The position numbers and the translations under genes were made by a program. Of a DNA stretch of 64,000 nucleotides, positions 28,157 to 41,615 are shown piece after piece. Source of the stretch: Eledone cirrhosa (Eukaryota); assembly GCA_964016885.1 (NCBI GenBank), contig OZ024740.1:68944001-69008000 (forward strand), given 5' to 3'. Under the pieces are notes generated by a model. It ran no database searches and had not been told where the DNA came from. It saw nothing but the letters and a program-made list of their open reading frames with translations. How positions within the stretch are numbered: the first letter of the stretch is position 1; each line of letters opens with the position of its first letter.

Positions 28157-30470
28157 ATAAAAGACGTAAAATAAGAAAATATTTTAAAAAAAGATTTTTT
28201 TTTAAATTTTTTACTTACTTAAATTTTCACTCCAACTAATTAGTTTCTGCAATGGGATAAAGACAGTTACGTAATCCAACTGCCGAGAATTCATTGCGTC
28301 ATCAGGGAGTCTATTCTCAGTTAAGTCTCCAGGCAATGCGCGGACACTGGCGGCTCATATAAAAATAATAATAATTCGGTAGATCGAACAGCTTGCGAGG
28401 ACTGGATTCTATGTACCGAAATTCTCACTGCCTCAAGTCAAATGGCCGATTCTAAAGAATCAATCACGTGACACAGAGGCTAGTTAGAAGGAATGGGATG
28501 GTAAGATGACTGACGCCTACTAACACCCCAAAAAAAATTTTTTTAGAAGTGGTTTTGGCAAGTTTGCTCGACAAATCAGTGATTTGGAGATAAATATAGA
28601 TAATTTAATATATCAACTAACATAAGCGCACAGATGCACGCCCATGCTAGCAAATACACAGGTTATGTCATAGTACCTAGGTGGTTCAATGCAGGAGAAT
28701 GCAGAACAATAATATAAAAGACGTAAAATAAGAAAATATTTTTAAAAAAAAATTTTTTTTTAATTTTATACTTACTTAAATTTTCACTCCAACTAATTAG
28801 TTTCTGCAATGGGATAAATCACTGATTTGTCGAGCAAACTTGCCAAAACCACTTCTAAAAAAACTTTTTTTTGGGGTGTTAGTAGGCGTCAGTCATACCA
28901 TCCCATTCCTTCTAACTAGCCTCTGTGTCACGTGATTGATTCTTTAGAATCGGCCATTTGACTTGAAGCAGTGAGAATTTCGGTACATAGAATCCAGTCC
29001 TCGCAAGCTGTTCGATCTACCGAATTATTATTATTTTTATATGAGCCGCCAGTGTCCGCGCATTGCCTGGAGACTTAACTGAGAATAGACTCCCTGATGA
29101 CGCAATGAATTCTCGGCAGTTGGATTACGTAACTGTCTTTATCCCATTGCAGAAACTAATTAGTTGGAGTGAAAATTTAAGTAAGTAAAAAATGTTTTAA
29201 ACATTTTTTTTAAAAAATATTTTCTTATTTTACGTCTTTTATATTATTGTTCTGCATTCTCCTGCATTGAACCACCTAGGTACTATGACATAACCCGTGT
29301 ATTTGCTAGCATGGGCGTGCATCTGTGCGCTTATGTTAGTTGATATATTAAATTATCTATATTTATCTCCAAATCACTGATTTGTCGAGCAAACTTGCCA
29401 AAACCACTTCTAAAAAAACTTTTTTGGGGGTGTTAGTAGGCGTCAGTCATCTTACCATCCCATTCCTTCTAACTAGCCTCTGTGTCACGTGATTGATTCT
29501 TTAGAATCGGCCATTTGACTTGAAGCAGTGAGAATTTCGGTACATAGAATCCAGTCATCGCAAGCTGTTCGATCTACCGAATTATTATTATTTTTATATG
29601 AGCCGCCAGTGTCCGCGCATTGCCTGGAGACTTAACTGAGAATAGACTCCCTGATGACCCAATGAATTCTCGGCAGTTGGATTACGTAACTGACTTTATC
29701 CCATTGCAGAAACTAATTAGTTGGAGTGAAAATTTAAGTAAGTAAAAAATGTTTTAAACATTTTTAAAAAAAAATATTTTCTTATATTACGTCTTTTATA
29801 TTATTGTTCTGCATTCTCCTGCATTGAACCACATAGGTACTATGACATAACCTGTGTATTTGCTAGCATGGGCGTGCATCTGTGCGCTTATGTTAGTTGA
29901 TATATTAAATTATCTATATTTATCTCCAAATCACTGATTTGTCGAGCAAACTTGCCAAAACCACTTCTAAAAAAACTTTTTTTTGGGGTATTAGTAGGCG
30001 TCAGTCATCTTACCATCCCATTCCTTCTAACTAGCCTCTGTGTCACGTGATTGATTCTTTAGAATCGGCCATTTGACTTGAAGCAGTGAGAATTTCGGTA
30101 CATAGAATCCAGTCCTCGCAAGCTGTTCGATCTACCGAATTATTATTATTTTTATATGAGCCGCAAGTGTCCGCGCATTGCCTGGAGACTTAACTGAGAA
30201 TAGACTCCCTGATGACGCAATGAATTCTCGGCAGTTGGATTACGTAACTGTCTTTATCCCATTGCAGAAACTAATTAGTTGGAGTGAAAATTTAAGTAAG
30301 TAAAAAATTAAAAAAAAATTTTTTTTTTAAATATTTTCTTATTTTACGTCTTGTATATTATTGTTCTGCATTCTCCTGAATTGAACCACCTAGGTACTAT
30401 GACATAACCTGTGTATTTGCTTGCATGGGCGTGCATCTGTGCGCTTATGTTAGTTGATATATTAAATTAT
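28157..30470. repeat. Retrozyme-like array: about 557 bp unit, about 1.2 copies inverted (28157-28818) plus about 3 copies direct (28818-30470)
   Basis: CTGATGA of the same motif at 29094, 29651 and 30209, with a reverse copy at 28229-28310. Non-coding and flanked by TA runs. Confidence 0.9.
29089..29170 (+). ncRNA. Type I hammerhead motif, one per array unit (also 29646-29727, 30204-30285; minus 28229-28310)
   Basis: ACTCC-CTGATGA-cGCAATG...CATTGCa-GAAA-CTAATTAG-TT-GGAGT. Confidence 0.75.
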
Positions 30471-30542
30471 CTATATATATATATATATATATATATCCGT
30501 TTATATCCATATATATATATATACATGTATATATAATATATA

Positions 30543-30586
<44 letters not shown>

Positions 30587-30599
30587 TAATAATAATAAT

Positions 30600-30655
<56 letters not shown>

Positions 30656-30904
30656 TTTATTTATTAACCACAAGGGTTTACATAAAGTAGACATTAAGGA
30701 CAGTGCAGGACAATGCAGGACGGTACAAATGGGCATTTCTGCGTGTAAAAAACAAAAACAGAGGATGTAACAAAAAAATAACGATGAAAAATTCCCCAAT
30801 AGGGGGGAGACTTCGGAGGGACATTTGTGGAGAAAGCCCAGTAAAAGGCCACAGTGACCCTGACCACCAAGGCAAGTGCCCTCTCGCAGTTGTCCACCTT
30901 TAAT

Positions 30905-33900
30905 TTACAGATATATACTCAGAGTAGGCCCATTCACTCGGGCCATTCTTGCTTTTCTCACCCATCTTTCAACAAAATGCTGGGAAGAGAGCACTTCCCT
31001 CTCTACTCTGATTTTCCTTTTCAAATGAAATTTGAAAAAGTCAATCAGGGCATCACCGAAGAGGTAAGTGCTCGTCTTCAGCCCTTTCAAACGTGCCCAC
31101 CATACTATCTCTTTCGCCATGGCCACCAGACAGATAAAAACTGTCTGCCCTTCCCGGCTAAAGGAGGAGGGCGGGGCAATCCTCACGATGGACTCAGCTG
31201 ATAGCCGGATCCGTCCTACACGCGACAGCAGGTATTCGACATAAACCCACAAGTCAGTAATTTTCGGACACTGGACGAGTGCGTGCAGGACGGTTTCGTC
31301 GCCCTGCGCGCATCTCGGACATGCCTGGCTGACGGCACCACCATGCCTGTAGAGTTTATCCCGAACTGGCAAGGCTCCTCGGTAGCACTGCCAGGCCAGA
31401 GATTTCTGGAAGTTGTCCATAGGCCCTGGCCCGAAAGTTCTTCCGAAGAGATTGGCTAGTTGATTTTCGTCGACGCTTAAACTTTCCCCAAGTACGTCGT
31501 CGCTCTTCCCCTCCACTAATCCTCTATAGAACGCCGAGGTAGAGTTTCCACGGTTCACATTGCCCGATTGGTCGAGGGCTGTAAGCGCCTGAAGACATTC
31601 CAGTCTTCAGGCGCTCCCTCTCGGTCTTGGCTTGACCCAGGACTGCAGCTCCGTCAAGGAAACCAGCTGGGGAAATACGTGTCTAGCAAACGGCGACCAC
31701 AGTTGATCACCGTCGAGGAAGAGGTGGAGATGTCGTAGCCTGAGCGCGTGTCTGCGCATCATCAGCCATGGCAGGCCCAGCCCTCCACGTAGCGGGTGTT
31801 GACAGCAGATTGTCCGCCTGAGCATCGGAGCGCGTCCCTTCCACAAAAAGCGAAAGAGCATACGCTCCAGCGCAGTCAGGCGGGGTTTAGGACAAGGTAC
31901 GACGGTCAGGCGGTAGCAGATGACAGACGCGATGTACGCGTTAGCCACCTCCGCTCGACCTTTCAGGGGAAGCTTCCTCTCCGCCCATTTCTGGGTGAGA
32001 GAAGCCACCCTGCTCGTCACCTCGTCCCAGTTTTTGTCCGTCTGGAGGTCCGAACCGAACCAGATCCCTAGCAATTTAACCGCTCCGTCCGTCCAGCGTC
32101 CGACAATGCTGTTGGACGGCATGGACCTGCCTCTCCAGGTGCCGAGCTGCAGGCCCACTGACTTTTCCTCGTTGATCATTGCTCCTGTCACCGCTTCGTA
32201 TTCTCTTAGTGTAGTGCCGATCGCCTCGATGTGTTTGGCGTTCGACACCACTACGGTGACATCGTCCGCATATGCTGACACTGATCTTCCGCATCCTAGT
32301 TCGCGCGGGACGCCCCTCAACGCCTCCAGTTTGTGCAGTAATGGCTCGAGAGTCAATACGTACAAGAGGGACGAGATGGGACATCATTGGCGGACCGAGC
32401 GCATGATGTTGAACGGTTCCGAAAGGTGACCGTTCACTCTCATCACAGAGCAGATGTCGCTCTGCATGGGAGCGATCCAGCTTCTGAAGACGGACCCAAA
32501 GGCAGCCGCCCTCAGGACTGCCGCTAGGTAACGATGGTCGACCCTATCGAAAGGTTTCGACTGATCTAAATTGATCAAGGACCCACCCGTGCCAGGTTCC
32601 TTAGCTACCCTCTCTACGGTGTATCACTGAGGTGGAGGTTGTCGTGGATGGATATGTCGGGAATGGCGCATGTCTGCGCCTCTCCCACCAGAGCTCCAAC
32701 GACAAGCGCCAACCTCTTTGCTACCACGTTGGCCAAAATCTTGAACTCTGTGTTTAGCAGAGTTATGGGTCTGAAATTATCTGTTATCCCCCTTGTTCCG
32801 ATCCTTTCTCAGCAGTGCCACCGCTCCTCGGCTCACAGAGCTGGGAATTCTCCCGTTCTGTTGCCAGTTGCAGTAGACGTCCGCCAAGAGGCTTCTGAAC
32901 AAGTCTGGCATCTGTACGTATAGTTCATAGGGCAGACCATCCAAACTAGGCGATTTACCCCTTGTGCAGCCAGTCATTGCCTCCCGTACTTTAGCGGCTG
33001 TTATCGGCTTTTCGCAATACTCCGCCTCAGTGGCCGAGAGCCGCGGCAGTCCGTCGAGGTAGACAGTAAAGTTCATCCCTCGACCCGGCCCACCGCTTCC
33101 CCCGAACAGCTGAGCGAAGTGTCGCGGGAAAGCTTCACACATTTGCCCAGGATCGAGTAGCATGCGCCCGTAGTAGTCCACCAAAGACCGGATCGTGGTT
33201 TGTTGCCACGACGCGCCTCCGCCACGCGGGCCCATTGAACGGCTTTCGTCCCCTCGTGTCTGAGAGCACGTACCCTAGCTCTGACAACGCAGCCTTCGTG
33301 CTTTGAATTGAAGAATTGGTCAAGGGCCAATTTCGCCGCAAGTACGTCGGTCGCGATGCCTATGCTAAGCGCCTCGTCTAATTTTCTAACTAGTTCTTCC
33401 TCTGCTCTATTTTTCTCTATTGCTAAAGCCTTACTAAACCTAATGGATTTTATTCTAATCGCTCTTTTCAGAGCAAACCACCACTTATTGTTGACGATGG
33501 CCCGCGTCAACGCCCGCTTAACTAGTTCGCTAATCCGGTCTCTGTAAGCCTTGCGCGCCTGTAAGGACGTGTTTAGCCTTCAGTAGCCGGGTCGTCGTCT
33601 ATGAAGCCTATCTAAGTCAAGCACACAGATCACGAATTTGTGGTCCGTGTAGCTGACTATCTTGAATTGTGGACAGACTATGCTAGACCTATCTATTTCC
33701 CTACAAAATACTCTATCTAGATATGATCTGGATGACCATATGCTATTTGTCCAAGTCCACATTGGCACATTCGGGATATCCAATCGGTACCTGTCAGACA
33801 GTTCAAAACGCCTGTGCAGGTTGGTGAGGCTCTTGCACCCTCCACACCTATCCGCTAATCCCACACAGTCCCAGCGTGCATCTAAGATCCCGTTCCAGTC

Positions 33901-34320
33901 GCCCACTAACACTAAAGAGCGGGAAGTTCGAAGAAAGGTGTCCAGACGCCGGAAGAAATCAGGCCGCCCTGCTCCTGTCAGAGCATAGATGGCCACTTGC
34001 CGGAAAGCTTGCCCGTCTCCGCTGGTCACGTCCAGCAGCACCAACTTACCCTCTGGGTCCAGGAAGATGGCCCGTATGGCGAGATCCAAACCTCTCCGAA
34101 TAATCACAGCAACTCCTCCCTCTGATCCAGGACGGCTGGGAGATGCGTACACATCGTAGCCGCCAAAGATCCGTGCGAAGGCCCGTGCTTCGGAGGTTCT
34201 GGTCTCGCTGATGGCCACTACATCTATGTTTAGTGACCTGAGGTCGTTGAGCAGGTGACCCTGCTTCCTTGACGACCCCAAGCCACGCGCATTTATACTG
34301 CCTATTCTGAGTGAGGTCAT
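30905..34320 (-). pseudogene. Tx1-type ORF2 (APE endonuclease, RT, zf-RVT-like C-terminus), disrupted
   Basis: SINARGL, AISET, GDWN, SYLDR, TDH; GKSPSLDGLPYE; NLDQSKPFDRVDH, VRQ, SAYADD; CPRC..ETVLHALVQC. Several stops and frameshifts. Confidence 0.9.
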
Positions 34321-34329
34321 GTTTAAAAT

Positions 34330-36101
34330 GGAGTGGAAAAGAAGGGAAAGACCACTTACCTTACTTTTCGTAGAGGAAGGATGGTTTCTCCATCCCTCTT
34401 CACTTGATCGTCTGGGGAAGGGGCCGTTGAATCGTCCCTTCGGCTGGTCGTCGGCTCTTCTATGAGTATGTCCGAATATACTCTCCGGTTGAGAGTCCCT
34501 CCTAGGTCTCTGAAGTCACCAACTGCGTTGGGAATTTCGTTTTAATGTTTGTGTATTGTTTCTGTTCTATTTTTACCAGTCTTATGTTCGTTGGCGTTTT
34601 GATTGGTGCTGGTATTATGTAGTTGTGCTGTGAAATGTCTGTGTGTTCAATTATGTAAATCATTAGTTTCTTGTTGTGTGTATTTATTGCCGTGCATTTG
34701 TTTTTCTGGGGATGGGGTGTGGTTCTGATGTTCTTGTCGTTGTTGCTCGGTATGTGTGTTTTGTTGTTGAGTTTGCGATGTTTGTGCCTGTGGTGGTGGT
34801 GTTGAAGGTGTTGTTGTTGTTGGCGGTGGGGTTGTCGCCGGTGGTGATGGTGGTGCTAGTGTGGGTGGTGATGGTGTTGGTGGTGCTGCTGCTGTGAGTC
34901 TCATTGCAGTAGCCTTTACCCTTTTTTCATTTCTTTCCTCCCTTTTCGAAGGCCACGATGCGCTGCTTCTGCGTCTGTGCCTTCTTACGACCTTTTGCCA
35001 TCCATCTCCCACCTCACACTCCATGTCTGATTATGTGAGGTCGGGGAGGGGTACCAGCTCCACTCTTTCCCTTGTTGTTGGTGGTGATGTTTGCAGTGGA
35101 GTCTCTGTTGCAGCTGCATTTGGTATTACTGTTATTGTTGTTAATACTTCCACTGCTGCTGCTGTTCTTGATTTCCGTGGCGTGGGTATGTGTGCCACGG
35201 ACCTATCGTTCCTGGTTGCCGCTTGTCCTGTTGCTGGTAGCCGTGCAGCCGATTTTGGAAGGAGAGGGGTTTTCTCCTTTCTCAGTTTCTTCTCGTTGCA
35301 GAAGGCCCTGGGGTGAGTCTTCGATCCTCAGCGAAAGCATTTCTGGCGTTTGCCCTCAACACTTATGGGCAGTTGAGTGCCGTTATCGAAGTCTATCCCA
35401 TCCGGGATAGCTTCGATGCACTCCTGGTTGATTTGGATTAACATCTCAATGGAGGTGCCGACCCAATCTTCTCTTACTTTTTTCTGTACTTGCAGTACAG
35501 TTGTTTTGTCCTCGATTCCGACGAGGACAGACGCGGCCAGCCAAGAAGGGGCCATCCCGAAGGGGACGTGGGTCAGTTTGACCCTCACAATTTTTTGCCC
35601 GCAGTAGGAGGGCACCAACACCATTTCCTCGCTCCTTAGGGTCACTAAGGATTGAGCCTTTGCCTCCTGGGGTGTGGCAAAAAAGCACGTTTTCGGTGGC
35701 ATATTTCTTGCCTCGGGTGATATGCGCTTTCCGCTGCCACACAGACCCTAAGGCTTTTTGTATTTGAGCCTCTGTGGCTATTTCAACCCTACGGGTTTTT
35801 GTGCTTACTGTACGGTACGTGACCGTACAGTGCTGTTGTGTTTCGAAAAAAATTTCGGCTGCCTTGCAGATTGGTCGGTGTCCGCTTTTTGTCACCATCT
35901 TCTTCGCTTCCTGTAATTCCTCATTTGTTATGAGGATGGTTTCCAGGTTCTTTGCGATACCTGCAAACGAGATTGGTTTTTCTTTGCTGTTGTTGTTGTT
36001 GTTGTTGTCGTGAGAGCTGCTGTTACTTTTGTTGTTGCCGCAGGTACTACGACTACTGCCGCCGCCGCTGTTGCTGTGGTTGTTGTTGTTGTTGCTGCTG
36101 C

Positions 36102-36139
<38 letters not shown>

Positions 36140-36522
36140 CTAATGTTGTTGTTGTTTATGCTTCTGCTGATGCTGTTGTGGCTGCTACTGTTATTTTCCT
36201 TGTCACTGTTGCTGCTGCTGCTGTTGTTATTACGGCTGCTACTGCTATTATACATGACGTCAGACGAATGAAATGGGTTTTCGTATTTACCGCACACCTT
36301 TTTCGTCATTGTCGTCGTCGTGAAGAAATGTTCCATATTTTGCACGTGATTTTGTAAACTATTTTTCTTTTCTGGCGTCGCTTGCGAAAGAGAAGGGAGG
36401 GAGAGAGACACATTTAGAGAAGGGAGGGAGACAGACAATCTTCCCTCTGATGTAGTGACGATTGAGGAAGAAGAAGACGGAATGAGTGGGAGTGACTTTT
36501 GAAAATTATTTTTCGTAGCCAT
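34330..36522 (-). pseudogene. Tx1-type ORF1 (Ser/Asn-rich N-terminus, CCHC zinc knuckle, Pro/Thr-rich tail), disrupted
   Basis: MATKNNFQK start, a poly-S/N tract from CAG/AAC repeats, and CFR*GSKTHPRAFC = CX2CX4HX4C. Confidence 0.75.
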
Positions 36523-36739
36523 GTTTTTTTTTTGTTTAAAATAAATATTGGGCACAAAACCCCAATAAGCGGTTATTTAACCCCGAAGGGCCAAATAACT
36601 GGCAGAAAGACCCCTCTCACGAGGTGGAGATTGTTTTTGTCTACAGTTTGGTTAAAGTTTTAAACAATTTACAATTGTTATAGCGGTCAAAATTTACAAT
36701 ACCTTACAGAGCCGAGCCTCCGTCAACCATGGCATTCAA

Positions 36740-36827
36740 TAATAATAATAATAATAATTGTTTCTACTTTAAGCACAAGGCCAGCAAATTACACAGTGCA
36801 TTACTGGTACTTTATTTTATCGACCCC

Positions 36828-36865
<38 letters not shown>

Positions 36866-37032
36866 TGATTCTACGTTAGGCACAAGGCCAGCCATTACTC
36901 AGTGCATTACTGGTACTTTATTTTATCGACACCGTAAGGATGAAAGGCAAAGTTAAAATAAATTTGAAGACTAAAATCCAAAGAGGGCTCGATAAGCATA
37001 AATATATATCAAATATATAAATAATTTATCAA

Positions 37033-37073
<41 letters not shown>

Positions 37074-37600
37074 TATGGAAAAAATGAAACGAAATTTCAT
37101 TTCTCATGCTTATATATATATATATAATATATATAATAATATATATATAAGAATATATATATAATATATATATATATATTCGTATATGTGTTTATATGTA
37201 ATTATACTTCTATAGGACGTCATGCAGCAAAGAGTTACGGCTGTTTATGGTCTGGGTTCAAATCCCGCCGAGATTAACTTTGCCTTTCATCCTTACAGGG
37301 TCGATAAAATAAAGTACCAGTAATACACTGGGTAATTGCAGACCTTGTGCCAAAAGTAGAAACAATTATTAAAACACTTTGCAGCATAGAGTCATGCCCC
37401 TTTATGATGTGAGTTCAAACCCGCCGAGGTTCACTTTGCCTTTCATCCTAACAGGGGTCGATGAAATAAAGTACCAGTAATGCACTGGGATAATTGGTGG
37501 CTTTGTGCCAAAGGTAGAAACAATTATTAAAACACTGGTATTTCAACAGGCTTTTATATTCTGATTTCAAATTCTGCCGATATTAATTTGCTTTGAGTCT
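36740..37600. mobile_element. Cluster of SINE fragments (minus 36740-36955; tandem plus copies at about 37215, 37375 and 37530)
   Basis: Repeated GTTCAAATCCCGCCGAG..TTTGCCTTTCATCC..GTCGATAAAATAAAGTACCAG. Confidence 0.75.
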
Positions 37601-37799
37601 ATCGTAGTCGATAAGCATAATTACCAGGCCAGGTTTTTCGAATGTTGGACAAACTATTTTGCGGCATTTGTCTCTTATCCTTAAGGTCTGTGAGCAGTTT
37701 GTTTGGCTTAAGAAGTACCCTTCTATCTTCTCTGCACCTCTACAAGAAGCGACTACTAACATATTTACGTTTTTTTTACTGTCCAAGAACCGTGACGGC

Positions 37800-37852
<53 letters not shown>

Positions 37853-38169
37853 AGTAACGTAAGTAGCATAGGTATAAGTGATAGGACAAGTTGCATCTCA
37901 GCGTGCTCAATAGGTAATATTAAACAAACTCTCAGAGTATATACATAGTTATTCCCTTCAATACAACAATATATTATGCAACAATGCATAATTGGCGCTT
38001 GTGGCTTCATCAGCGGGTTTCACCTAATCAATAACCAATGGATCGACAGATTTCGACTTCAGCTGTTCCGGCTATGACTGTATGTGACGGTCAATACAGT
38101 AAAGCGATTAGCAACTGGAATCTCTACTACGCATCACAATGCTGTCTCCTGATTTGTTACCGATTATAT

Positions 38170-40830
38170 ATATATATAGATATATTAATTCAAAATATTA
38201 ACAAAATAGATATTCTTGTGATCAAGTATATTTTATTATACATATTTCAGAGGTACTGAGTTAAGTTCTACAGTACGTCCTCATCAGATAAAATAAGATG
38301 ATGCATGACATACCCTGACATAATAGATGGTAAAGATTCAGTCATGGTAGTGAGTAATATATGACAAAACTCCATATTTATATACCTTAATATTGAGAAC
38401 ATGAGAAAAATATATAATACAACAATAGAGAGGGTGCGTGTGAGACAGCTTAAAACATACATGGCATCAATATAACTGTTAAAAAATGTTAATTACTGAA
38501 GCAAGAGGAAAGAAAGGAAAGCATAGAGGAAGAAACAGCTGATGGGATAATATAGTTAGGTGCCTCGAAAGAAAAAGGAGAGTTGATTACAGAGAGAGAC
38601 AAAGGGGAATAATTTATGTTCAAGTTTTTAGACAATTATCCATATATACAATATACATCTAAACTTATTTGGTTGACCGTTCATATTCAAAATCTTTAAT
38701 TTAAGTTAGTTTAGAGTAATGAATAAAAGTTTAGGTTTTAAAAGTTAATAGGTATCTGTATTAATATAAAAGTATACTATCAAGTTTAATTTCTAAAATC
38801 AGATTTTATGAAATCAAATTTAAAGGATTTACAAACACGAGAAAGAAAAGATAATGTTTTTACAACCTCAGGAAGGTAAACTTTACCAAAATTATTTATA
38901 ATATTGACAACAATTTATATAATATAATTTATAAAATAATTACAGTTATAATTATTAAAGAATTTATGATTAACAATTTGAGTGCCTAAAGGATCAACAG
39001 GCCTTATAATTAAACTTAAAGAGGTCTGAATTTTAAATTACATATATGTGTTAATCAAAAACATATACAAGGATTATATTGTCTAAAGTCTTAAGGTGAT
39101 ACCTTTCAAATATACATAACATAATACAATAATACAATATAGTAAATAAGTTATTGAAAATATTGTTAAAAATTAATGTTTTACATCAATTATGGTAAAA
39201 GGATCATTTAGTTGATATATCTTATAAATATATAAGTCAAAGCTACATGAGTCCTAATGATAAAGGCTGGATACAAAATAAAAATAAAAAGTGAAAAAAA
39301 TGAATTGTTTGCGAAACGTAAAAATGCCCAATATTAAAAATATAGTTTAAAATGTAAGTTATAATTATTAAATAATATCTAGTAGACAAAAGATACTTCT
39401 AAAATGTCCAGCGAATGTGATAGAAAGAAGAGCTAAAAACCTGAAAAAGCCGAAGGTAATCTAAATTTAATTAAAATAAATTAAATTATATAAAATTAAG
39501 TAATAATCATTATATAATTTCGAACATCCAGGGAATATCTAACACTTATAACAATAGAGAGTCATTTGAGTATCTAAATTATTTATAAATGTAACTACGA
39601 GCATGTTATTACACTAGATAAACATATTTGTACAACTATATAGAGAGAGTAGTATAGGTATTAATGAAACGATATACACTTAATAAATAAATAATTATAA
39701 TCATTATTAGTAATGCTATAATTGTAGTTTTACCTCCAGTTCAGTGGAGAGAGAGATACCAATATTTGTCGACTAGTATGGTTTGCTATATGTATACCTA
39801 TATATACAAATATATAGGTGCAAATCTAACTTTCTGAGTCTCCGAAACATACCCAAAATGAGTAAAATATATAAATGCATGAATGATCTACGGTTCAATT
39901 ATAACCGGTAATCTTAAATATCCAAATTATATATTTAAAACAGAGACAAATAAAAAAAGATCCGAATCTAAATTATAAATATCTAAAATAATCCAAAGGT
40001 GTGCATGTTTATCAAGAGAACAAGTTACCAAATAATATGTTTATAAAATAAAGTATTATTAAAGTTTTATAAACTGTTATAACGTTTTAGGTCCAACAGT
40101 TGATATGAGACGTCAAAATTTAAGGCCTGTTTGATTAGTGTTTTTTCCTGACTTTTTCCGAGGCTAGGAGTTTGAGAATAATTCACTTTTTTTGTTAATT
40201 AAGTTTTCATAATTATTAATTATTAATAGGATCTCCTTTGTGCAGAGGTTGCAGTTAGTTGATATAGACGAGTTCGAGTAGATTTTACTATTACAAAGCT
40301 TCGTCCAAAAAATCGAGTATTTTAAATGTTTGTCTTTTAATGACCATATAAGTTGTGATAAAGAAGTCGAAGACTTCCTATTAAAATTCGAAAACGAGCA
40401 TTTGTGATTCGCAAATATCGATTTAAATGTCGAAGAAGTTGCCCCTATGTGGTTGTATGTGTTGTTATTTGTTTTTACGGTGCATTTATACACAACATTT
40501 CTATCCAGACAATTATTTTGCATAGGGCAACCTGGTTTATTTCTACAATTACATTTCGATTTATTATTATTAACAGCATTATGCTGATTTTGGTTTAGAA
40601 TTCTACTATTTAGTTTAACGATGTTTTGGGCCATATTTATAGTTGTAGAATAAGAAAGCTTCATTGTGTCTCTATTTAATATGGAACGGTATTTATATTG
40701 ACTAGGGAAGGAATTATCTAAAGGAATTATCTAAAGATAGTGGTGTTCTTACTGCTACAGAAGCAGGGGGTGGGGTGCAAACCATATAACTGATTAAGTT
40801 CTAGTTCTTTTCCTCGATTTATTCACAGTA
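38170..40830 (-). mobile_element. Naiad-type PLE 3' part: GIY-YIG remnant (40164-40800) plus a long AT-rich 3' region ending in an HHR
   Basis: MKLSYSTT..CNCRNKPGCPMQNNCL..NVVYKC..HIGAT..CNLCTKE. Linkage of the AT-rich stretch to the ORF is inferred from the same layout at 13370-15030. Confidence 0.7.
38229..38295 (-). ncRNA. Type I hammerhead motif
   Basis: TATTTTAT-CTGATGA-GGAcGTACTG..CAGTACcTCT-GAAA-TATGTA-TA-ATAAAATA. Confidence 0.78.
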
Positions 40831-41037
40831 CAGGTGTTTGAATTATAATTTTTAGAATTTCGTTTATATATGCCAGTCATATTATTATTATTTTTATCAG
40901 TTATTATTTTTATCAGTTATTATTTTTATCAGTTATTATTATTATCAGTTATTATCAGTTATTATTATTTTTATCAGTGCTTCCAATCTATTATAAAACT
41001 CATTCTTTGAGTTATTCATTGAACCTTGTTTAACTTT

Positions 41038-41113
<76 letters not shown>

Positions 41114-41344
41114 AAGAATAGGAAACACCAAAGAGTAAATATGCTGTCAAACTAACACATGTTTCAGCTCTGCATGAACCGTACTGCATCAAGCTTTACA
41201 CCTCCTGGTTAAGTCTATACTCAATATATTATTATTATTAAAGTTATATATACATATAAACAATGAGTTATATAGTTTGTTGATTATTCAACAAAGTTAA
41301 TTTTACAACAGATTAGAAGCACTCTACAAGATTTATATGGAGTA

Positions 41345-41615
41345 TCATTAATATTAACAATATAAATAATTGGAAAATATCTTTATAAAAGCATATTTAT
41401 TCTAATATACGTATTTCAATGGTACTAACCTTTAAGTACACTTTCGTCAGTGGGCGTATAACATTAAGATCACATGAAGGTATGTCACTATCTTAACACT
41501 AAATATTCTATTCTATCTGACGAAAGCGTACTTAAATCTTAGTACCCTTCAAATACATATAATTAAATAAATATGGTTTTGTAAAGATATTTTCCATTTA
41601 TTAATACTGTTAATA
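41345..41615. mobile_element. Fold-back pLTR pair with two degenerate hammerheads
   Basis: Minus: CTGACGA-AAGTGTACT..AGTACCATT-GAAA-TACGTA-TA (about 41398-41454). Plus: TATTCTAT-CTGACGA-AAGcGTACT..AGTACcCTT-CAAA-TACATA-TA (41509-41569). Confidence 0.65.

Larger units (their letters stand above)
30655..36737 (-). mobile_element. Full-length, inactivated Tx1/L1-group LINE (ORF1 + ORF2)
   Basis: Contains ORF1 with a CCHC knuckle, an APE endonuclease, RT and a C-terminal Cys domain. AATAAA at the 3' end, and (AAT)n on both flanks. Confidence 0.9.

Noticed and set aside
34350-34362. Perfect splice donor AG|GTAAGT just upstream of the Tx1 ORF2 start (minus)
   Set aside because: A single short motif with no identifiable acceptor or transcript evidence.
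35328-35330. In-frame TGA at the second Cys of the ORF1 CCHC knuckle (possible selenocysteine)
   Set aside because: The element has many other stops and frameshifts. A TGC-to-TGA nonsense change is the simplest explanation and no SECIS was identified.
40880-40980. (TTATTATTTTTATCAG)n minisatellite
   Set aside because: A simple slippage expansion with no evidence of function.
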